The translations under genes were made by a program, and so were the position numbers. DNA of 58,178 nt, filler included, from Jimgerdemannia flammicorona (Eukaryota): the NCBI GenBank assembly GCA_003990765.1. It is 3 parts of 3 records of this genome, joined end to end, with 100 filler letters (N's around TTAATTAATTAA, not from the genome) between each part and the next. Parts side by side here need not be neighbours in the genome. Positions count along the whole stretch, not along the records: positions 38,856 to 58,178 come from RBNJ01001968.1; 2 more parts are not named here. One strand, given 5' to 3'. Positions within the stretch are counted from its first letter, which is position 1, and every line of letters begins with the position of its first letter. Of this stretch, positions 50,075 to 58,178 are shown piece by piece. The notes below the pieces were generated by a model. That model saw nothing but the letters and a program-made list of their open reading frames with translations, was not told where the DNA came from and made no database searches.

Positions 50075-50447
50075 CGATCAATCTGATCTTTCCCCACCCC
50101 CACCGTACGATGATCGAACAAGTGAACAGGTGAACATCAGCAGCACACTGTCGGAAGATGCATGGGGATATCGACGAGGAAGTACGTATTGCCTCATGGG
50201 GCGATTTGCACGACTCGGCATAGGAAAATTCCTGCAAGCAGGAATTTCCAACATGTCGCCTTCTGACCTCATTGCATCATGCCAAGCCCGAAAACGGGCC
50301 CTGACGTCAATGTCACGAAAGTGGCCAAGCCACCATGTGGCTGATCAGAACGAAATTTCTTTTTTTGACAACCCCACCCCATGAATTCCACACAAACGAA
50401 ACCCTACCCCATCTTTTTACACATACCCTCCTCTGAATCTCGGCCCA

Positions 50448-51684
50448 ATGTCAACATACCATACCTTCAAGGATCCAGAAAGCATCGAACGAAGCAGCTC
50501 CCGGCACGGCCGTGATGTCGAAGAGGCGAACGACGACATATTCGAGACCATGTTTGGTATATCCGTGCGGCAACTGGATGTCGAGGAACGAATGAGTATG
50601 GAGTCGATTACAATATATTTCGGATCGCATCGGCGCGGTCGTTTTGTTTTGTTTTGTTTTTTTTTTTTTTTTTTTCGGTTGACGGATATTGATGTCGTAC
50701 GTATGTTTTGCTCGCAGAATTCGTCAGGAAGATTTACATCATAATCGCTGCACAATTGGCAACAATGGTCCTCTTCACCTACATATCAATGTATATTGAG
50801 GTAATATCTGATTGGATACAATGGAGGTAAGAAATCAGGGATATGTCAGATAAGGCATTTTGAGTGGCAGGGGACCCTTTAACATCCTCTCCTTATTCTA
50901 ACTCTCTCCATCAGTAAATGGGTATGGTGGATCCCTCTCCTCCCGATCACCATCTGTGCCCTCGGCTGCTCCTACATGCTATGGTCGCAACACCGAGAGC
51001 TGTCCTGGCGCGCGCGGTATTCATTGCTCACCGTATTTACTGTGCTGGAAGGAATCGTAGTGTGTGACCTGTGTATGTGTCTTTCCGGGCCATCTTCTTT
51101 CGTTGATGCTTTGGTGCATGGCCACTCAAATGCTCTCGCACTTGTATCGTACAGTGGCTAAATTCAACTTCAGATTTGGTTTGCTTGTCATCATCCTGAC
51201 GCTGGCGACCTCTTTGGGTATGATTGGATTTACATACCAGACCAAATATGACTTTACCGATTTTCCACCGCTGTAAGTGTTTGACTTCATACCACGGCTT
51301 CTTTTATGAAACGTTGTTTCTTCGAGCGAGTTTGGCAGGTGGCGACTGTCCTACGTCCATAATCATTGAATTGCTTCTTATCACATCTGATTCGCGTCTA
51401 GAATTTCCGCATATACCCTTACCACGCTCCTGGTCTCCCCGTTCGCGCTTCTCTTCCCAACCTTGGACGTCAACCCCGTCATCGGCGCCGGTTTCCTGTC
51501 CGCCCTCGTCTCCACCTACATCATCGTCGAGATCTACTACCTCATGCGCAAGCTCACCCAAAACGACTTCATATTCGCCATCGCCTACCTCTACGTCGAC
51601 CTCGGCTATCCGGTTCGATGTCTCCACCACATATGCGAGGTGACCGAAAGGATTCCTTTCGCGAACCTCGCTGAGGAGGACTGA
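50448..51684 (+). CDS. Bax inhibitor-1 / TMBIM family membrane protein (divergent), multi-exon
   Basis: ERM/KFVRKIYIIIAAQL, LLTVFTVLEG, FTYQTKYDF, YIIVEIYYLM...DFIFAIAYLYVDL; several hydrophobic helices; GT-AG introns. Confidence 0.82.
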
Positions 51685-52197
51685 TCCGCGAGATTGCGCT
51701 GCCGCTGTGCCATACATCAATATGGGTCTCGGCACTTAGTCCGTCATTGCCGGCGACGTTTAACGTTTAATTACCTGCATGCAATCGCGGGTCTTAGGGT
51801 TGGGAGCGTTGCGTACTCATGCGTGTGGCACAGGGCTTCGTGACATGTAACCAAGCTCCAAGCATCTCGTTGATCTCGCGGAGTATTAATCTGTAAATGT
51901 AATCAGACATTGTGTATACGAACCATGATCTGGTACATAATTTTCTCATCCTCGGTGTGAAGGTAGTCGGAAGCATGTTATGTCCAATCTCGTTCTAGCC
52001 AAACACCGAAGTGGGTCGAGGCTGGTTATCTCATGTGACGAACATGTTGTCTATTTTACCTTGCTTTCATCAGCATGGTGATTCCGGATGTTAACCTCAC
52101 AGTGCTAAGTAAATCTATAAATATAAGGCACAATTAAGAAATTTGAACATATGTACATTTGACACTAGGCGTCCGTGGTTCACGCAATCGCACCCGC

Positions 52198-52627
52198 TTA
52201 GACAAAAGCCTTTCCCCCGTTGTCGTCGGCCGACCGCGTCCCTGTCCCTTGTGAGAGCTGCGAATCGACGCGGTCGTTCGTGTATTGCGAGAGGGATACC
52301 GGAGCCGACTCCGCCGTTGTGGTTTCGCTGGCGGGTAATATCTTGTGGCTGAGGAAGATGATAATCCTGTTGGGCGGCGGCAACGAGTAAAAGTCCAGAA
52401 AGATCATCCTATCGTTCAAAAATATGACAGTTTGGTGAAATCATGTGATTGGGAATGCGGAGAGCCGATTTATGGGTAGCGGATACCATGCCTGAGGCAA
52501 AAACCGGCTGCGCACAGGATGACGAATGAGATCCCGAGCGGAACGAGGGGTGAGCAGCAAATTGAGCGATAGGCCCGAGAGGTATATACACACCTAATAA
52601 TAATAGGTGCGAATTGAGTGGGAAGAA

Positions 52628-52667
<40 letters not shown>

Positions 52668-53217
52668 CTTTCTCGCATCGAATACGACGCAAACACACGA
52701 AACCGGCCTGCTTACCGTAACCCAGGACAGCTCTGCCGCGCGATTCAATGGCACCAGAGTTGGCCTTGACGACGGGTTGGAAGGCGTACAGAAGGGCGAG
52801 GAAAAGCGAGAGGAGACCAAAGCATTCTTGGCACTGGACCAGAATCTCGGATATCGGTAGATATCGAACACTGGGCGACTCGCAATTACCGAACAAGGTG
52901 GCAAGCACGGTCGAGACCGGTAGAGGAGCGTTTGCGGTGGTTGTTCTTCCCGTAGAGCTTGGCGCCCAGGTTGAGCATGATGAGGTCGATCCAGAGGAAC
53001 ATGCCTATGGCAAAGATGTCAAAGAAGAGCGTGTCTTTTACCGCGGCCCGTCGTACGGAGAGACGTGAGAAGCGGCATCGTCGTCGCAGGCGAGACGCGA
53101 ATGGGTGTAATCCATCACTGCCTTGTGCCCAATGATCAAAAGGCCGAGGGCACTGAAGCCAAACACTGCCCAGACGGAGCCGGCAGCTTGAGTGGATGGC
53201 TCTCCATGTTCCTCCAT
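52198..53217 (-). pseudogene. Hypothetical multi-pass membrane protein, apparently frameshifted
   Basis: Hydrophobic segments VWAVFGFSALGLLIIG, TLFFDIFAIGMFLWIDLIMLNLG and FGLLSLFLALLYAF lie in different frames; a GTAAG donor near 52715 opens a polyA-containing intron. Confidence 0.35.
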
Positions 53218-53810
53218 GATGGTCCGAGTCGACGAAGGGACCAAGGTTTCAGAGGTGCGAGGAGTCCAGTGGAAAAAGTTCGGGAAACGAATTAACAGAT
53301 TGTGGGGTAATATCTTCATAACCATAATCGAGCAACGGCCAACGTGTCGAAAGGAGAAAAAAAACCCCCCCATTGGCATCGGAAGGTATATACATATACC
53401 GATCTGCAGAATTCGCTCGGTTGTCTATGGTACAAATGCGGGGTACGCATTAGTGCCTGAGAAAGACGCCTCAAAATGGGCTTCCGAACGATCAGCAGCC
53501 GCTTCGATTCACATTGACTATACGGGTCGGGCGAGCACCAGGGATCGTATCCAAACGGTCATCACTGTTTCAGGTGCACCCGTTTTTTGATGGCTATAGC
53601 GCACTCGTGTTTCCAGTGGTCCTTGCTTGACATAGATGAAAAACACGTGCCGAAAGAACGTTTCCCACGCGATAATAAAACTAAAACTCGACTCTGTAAT
53701 AATCAATTTATTTTCGCAGTCTGAATACGTAAATACAACATAACGACGAAGAAATATAATGGTAGCAATCGATGGCCCGGAAGAGCGTCTCGTATATATA
53801 ATCTTAAACT

Positions 53811-56800
53811 CTATATGGCATACCGAATCTTCAGAAGGACATCATACGCCAACCACGCAAATGACAACAACTTGCGATTACGGCGGCTCTGTTGGTTGTC
53901 ATATTGGCTGCTATTATCGTCATCATTGTCTTCATCGCTTCCATGATCTCCTTCCCTGTACGTGATGTAGTACCACGCCGACGCCTTTTTCTTCGCCTCC
54001 GGGCTGGCTCGCAGCGTGAATCGTGGATCGAAATCTTGCTCAAAGTATATTTCTTCCGCGAAAAACCTACGGTACTTGTGCACCAGGCCCTTGATCGACG
54101 CGGCCACGAGGTCCTGCACGTCGAACAGCTTGCGGCGATGGATCGGGCGGAAGTCGAGGATGTACGACGTGATTGCTTCCGCTTCCGTTTTGATCTTGAA
54201 TTTTGACATGAGATCGCGAAGCTCCCGGTCGTACATTCTCTTGTAATCCTCAGCCTCGTCAAGGTAGCCGTCGTACCCTTCCTCAAGCAGGGTTTCGTCG
54301 AGCGGAACACCGTTGAGGTAATTCAACCAGATGTTATTATCTGACGGATGATCGAGATTCTCCTCTACTCCGGCCACTCGTCGGTAGAGCGTTCCAAGAA
54401 CGCGCTTGGACATGTGCGTGTTCCGTTTCTGATTGCGAGATTCCATGAAATCGGGGTATGAGTCGACGCGACAGACCTTGTCGATTACCGCCGGGATACC
54501 CGTCTTCGGGAAGTCGACTGCGGCCGAGTGCTATGTGAAAAAAAAAAAAAAAAAAAAAAAACGTGAACACAAACCAGCAATTGAGTCTGGCTACATCCGT
54601 GGTTGGGTGTGTAAACGATATTAAAGATCCGAGCATATAAATGGTTGAAAATAATTACCGCTTCACAGAGCATCAGGCAACGTGGATCAAATACCCCATC
54701 AGAACTGTAATCCGCCAACGCCATGTGCATGTTGGCAATCATGCCCAATTTGTCGTTCTCGATGTAATCGACGAAGAACTGTTTAACGTGTGACATCTCG
54801 ACACTGTCCACTACTGGGCGTTCCGGGGCATCATAGTCCATTGGACCTGCTATACATGTAGGAAAGAGGCGCTCATCGTAGCAAACGAAGTATTCGTCAC
54901 CGTCTGGAAGATAACCGCAAAATAAAATTAATTATGTTCATTAATAACCTTACAACATCTGTCGCCGCGTAGGGTTTAATGTTGTGTGAAATATGAATTA
55001 CCCGTAACTCACCTAGATCGCCCCCGCTCATCATATTCGGAACGGGCCTTTCTCCTCTAGACGAGAAAACCACACAGTTCTTCATATGGCTGAGGCGCTC
55101 GCATCGCACCGCCTTCAAAATACGAATGTCGCCAGGATGTAGGCAGGGATTGCGCATGACCACAACCCTTCCTTCGAGTACCTTCATGGATCTCGTCGCC
55201 TTCTGTGACTGTGGTTCGGATGGATCGGCGAACTCCAGGATGGGGGCTTGCACGAACACCTCATCTTCTCTCAGCGTGCAAGTTTCATCAACTGTTCCAA
55301 AGAGGAGGTACGACTTCTCGACGAGGATGCGGGCCTTCTTCTTGAGGTTCTGCAAGGTGTTGAGCCGAATTACCTCGAGGATCGCGCAGAGGAACGGTTC
55401 CTCTTCATCCAGCAGACCCTTTCTCAACATCGCAAACGTCAACTTGGCGTGGTGGGTGTCGGTCGGACGGAGTCTGAGGAAATCCTTGGCCGCATTGGCG
55501 TCCGTCATCATCAGATCTGTTTTTTCAATGACTTCGTCTTGTAGTTGCAGGAAAATGTCATCATCGGTCCCGAGAGCGGACAGTAGCATGATAATTTGCC
55601 GGTTCAAATACGCTCGTTGGGGCTTCACCGAGGTCTTCACGATCTCGAACGTCTCTGACGTCGGGGCCTCAAATTTGGTCATACTCGGCCGTATACATAG
55701 CTGGTCTCCGACTAGAAACGGATCAATCACGACAACACCCTGGATGGCAAACCCAACACGGATTCTATGAGTCCTCCCCCCAACGTCGTACAATCAAACA
55801 TTAACGGTAAAGCACGCATATTCCAAATAGTACCATCCATGTTAAATAACGCACCTTGCAACCACCATACCGCATCTGATAGACAGATGGTAGATTGTCT
55901 GGATCTAACGTCATCCCTGACGCTGCCACAGCCTTTCTCGCCAGCGAAGGAGATATCTTTCCGATGCCATCTGTGAAACACTGTTTCTTGTTCGTTCCTG
56001 GGATCAGTCTCTCAATATCGTCGAGTCGGATCCGTTGTGTTGACGGGACCTTGATCGTTCCCGTCGTTGCCGTAAAACATTGTCCCATTCGCGCCGCATA
56101 CAAAGCAGGCGTCTTGATCGAGGAAAAATCGCCCATCCACTCGCGAATTTCGTCCGCCGTTTTCTCGGGGCAGGATGCGAAGAACCAGCACGAGTGGTCT
56201 TTCAGCTGCGACGAGCCGAACGCGAGGAATTCGTGTCTCCGCCCGGCGGTGATGATGCCGTCCTCCAGCACGCGGCGGACGCGCTTCTCCAGCAGCTCAT
56301 TCGAGCCTCGCCGCGTTCGCAGCAGCTCAAAATTTTCGTCCGCGAAATTGACGCGCAGGAACCGATCCGTGTGCGCCGAGAACTCGCGCAACACGCGATT
56401 CGACGGTTCAACCGTCGGGCCCTCGATGTGGATCCGCGTTGGCGTCACGGTCGCGTGGTTTATGTATACGAAATTGTCGCTGGCCGGGGGCGGCGCGAAC
56501 AGAGACAGGAGCGAATTGTTCGCCAACATCTCCGCAAATCTTCGATATGGTCGCAAGTCACCCCGCTTGCCGGGATTCCAATCGATTGTGTTGAGGCTTT
56601 CCAGGGCGCTGCAAGCTTGCATTGCATCTCCCGCGTCAATCACGTTCCTTAACACCTCGAGAAAGATTGGGTCAGTGACCTCCGAATGATACAAGACATT
56701 TGTCGACAACAGGCAGTGGATCTTGAACGCGACGTTGTATGGGAGGCATTCGAAGTAGGACGGATCCACTGATGGTAGTGGGGTGGCGGGCACTACCTCT

Positions 56801-57939
56801 CTCACATTATACGTCTCGGGCGGATGGGCTACTAGTTGATGCCGTGAAAGCGACCCCAGCATTTTCCGAAGGTCTGCGTCCAATCCGTCGACGGTTTGAG
56901 AATGTTTGGTGTTGCGACCCACGTTGAAGGTGAGCTGCCATACTAAATGTCTGCCGTCGAAGAGACGAAGGCGTGTTGGGTCGATGGTGCGAATCGGCTC
57001 AGGCTCATCAGATGTGTAATTGAATGACATTTGGGCAAGCTTATCCAAAAGAGTGGGCTCCCGAAATATCTTGGGCGGCCGAAGAAGAAAAATATACATC
57101 ATTAGCTTGCCCGGAATCGATTTATCGTCGACGACGACACCGCGTGGCCTGTCTACCAGGTCGTAAAACGATGCGTGGAGTTCGTGGTAAGGGGTACCAA
57201 GAATCCAAGAATTCTCGAGTTGGAGCTTCGTTATGCATAGCGAATGAAGCGATGTATCGATCACAAGCTGCGGAAATGGCGCGTCGCCTGGCAGTTCCCA
57301 ATGCCTCTCGAAAGTCCACGTATTACGCGCCGTTCCCTCCACCCAGCTGCCGATCGCGAAATTGTCGATCACAAATCCACCGTTCTTGACCCTAGGTCGT
57401 CGATCCTGCGGGCCGGGTTTGATCCGCAGCCGGCGATTCAACAGGACGGGTTTATCGTACACGTTTAAAAGGCGTCGAGCGTCGGCGGCGTTTGCAAACC
57501 TCACCGTCGCGCGTCCGAGGTTCCGGTTCCGGTTCTGCGGGTTCATTTCCAGCTGTAAGGTCTGAATCTGGCCGTACGATCGCAGCACTGCGCGGAGTTG
57601 AGCCTCTGTGGCCTCGAAGTGTATATTAGAAAGTTTGAGCGTCATGGACATGCTTGCTTGAGGCTCCGTGGCGTCGTGGGGTATATTTGCTTGAGGTTCC
57701 GTGGCGTCGCGGGGTATATTTGCTTGAGGCTCCGTGGCGCCGCGGGATATGTTTGCTTGAGGCTCCGTGGGGTCGGGAGGTATGTTTGCTTGAGGCTCGG
57801 TGACGTCGCGAGGTATGTTTGCTTGAGACACTATGGGGTTGCGGGGTATATTCAAAACTCTGCGATTTACTCGAGAAGGGCCCCTGGGCCCGAAGGGTCC
57901 AATGGTGTGGAAGGTTGCAGTGGGAAATGTAAAGTCCAT
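53811..57939 (-). CDS. RNA-dependent RNA polymerase of the eukaryotic RNAi type with N-terminal RRM, 4 exons
   Basis: Exons 57939-55855, 55739-55013, 54903-54659, 54530-53811. Motifs SNRVLR, FLRVNFADE, ARMGQCF, FTDGIGKIS, QMRYGGCKG, RNPCLHPGD, catalytic SGGDLDGDEY (across an intron), HSAAVDFPKTG. Confidence 0.96.
57656..57852. repeat. 33-bp coding tandem repeat (~6 units, NIPRDATEPQA)
   Basis: Units GCTTGAGGCTCCGTGGCGTCGCGGGGTATATTT with few substitutions. Confidence 0.92.
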
Positions 57940-58178
57940 GAGGTTCGCGAAGAAAGCAAGGGTGTAGTGGGGGGGGTGGAAGTGAGACACAGGGGCACAG
58001 TAAGGGTGGGCGGCAGGGGCGCGTGATTCTTTTTCGCGAAGCAGTTGACGTAGGCCAATGAATTTCTTTGTTTGGTCATCATTTCTCTCCTCCCACTCCC
58101 ACTCCCACTCCCACTCACCCCCCCCCCAACTCTCGTAACAACTAATTAAAATTACCACGTGCCAGTCAACTACGCCGG

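Noticed and set aside
49760..50400. 188-aa and smaller ORFs between ARG4 and the BI-1 gene
   Set aside because: They run through a polyT tract, show no codon bias and have no recognisable motif.
57656..57852. 33-bp periodic repeat as a CRISPR-like array
   Set aside because: Contiguous units without spacers, in frame within a eukaryotic gene.

Overview
Intron-rich fungal genomic DNA. Gene style suggests an early-diverging fungus, probably Mucoromycota/Endogonales (inference). It is stitched from three contigs by two artificial 100-bp N/TTAATTAATTAA spacers. Left contig: TAF1 with a C-terminal bromodomain, an RTC3/SBDS-N-like gene that needs a 4-nt microexon, a histidine-phosphatase (PGAM/Tfc7-like) pseudogene and an atypical homeodomain gene. 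Middle contig: an AT-rich nest of transposons, including a long-TIR Tc1/mariner-type element carrying two nested copies of a ~1.2-kb polyA retroposon, and a complete 10.4-kb chromoviral Ty3/gypsy element. That element's ~1.96-kb LTRs each carry a ~365-codon ORF with PPxY motifs, and its polyprotein has an AUG-less Gag extension, a dUTPase and a small CPH...CxxC domain. Right contig: a second dUTPase-bearing gypsy element with the mirror-image domain order, then a PC-esterase/NXPE-like gene, ARG4, a Bax-inhibitor-1 family gene, a degenerate membrane-protein gene and an RNAi RdRP with an RRM-derived tandem repeat. Repeats show strong C>T/G>A bias at both CpG and CpA. All alignments and counts were done by eye.
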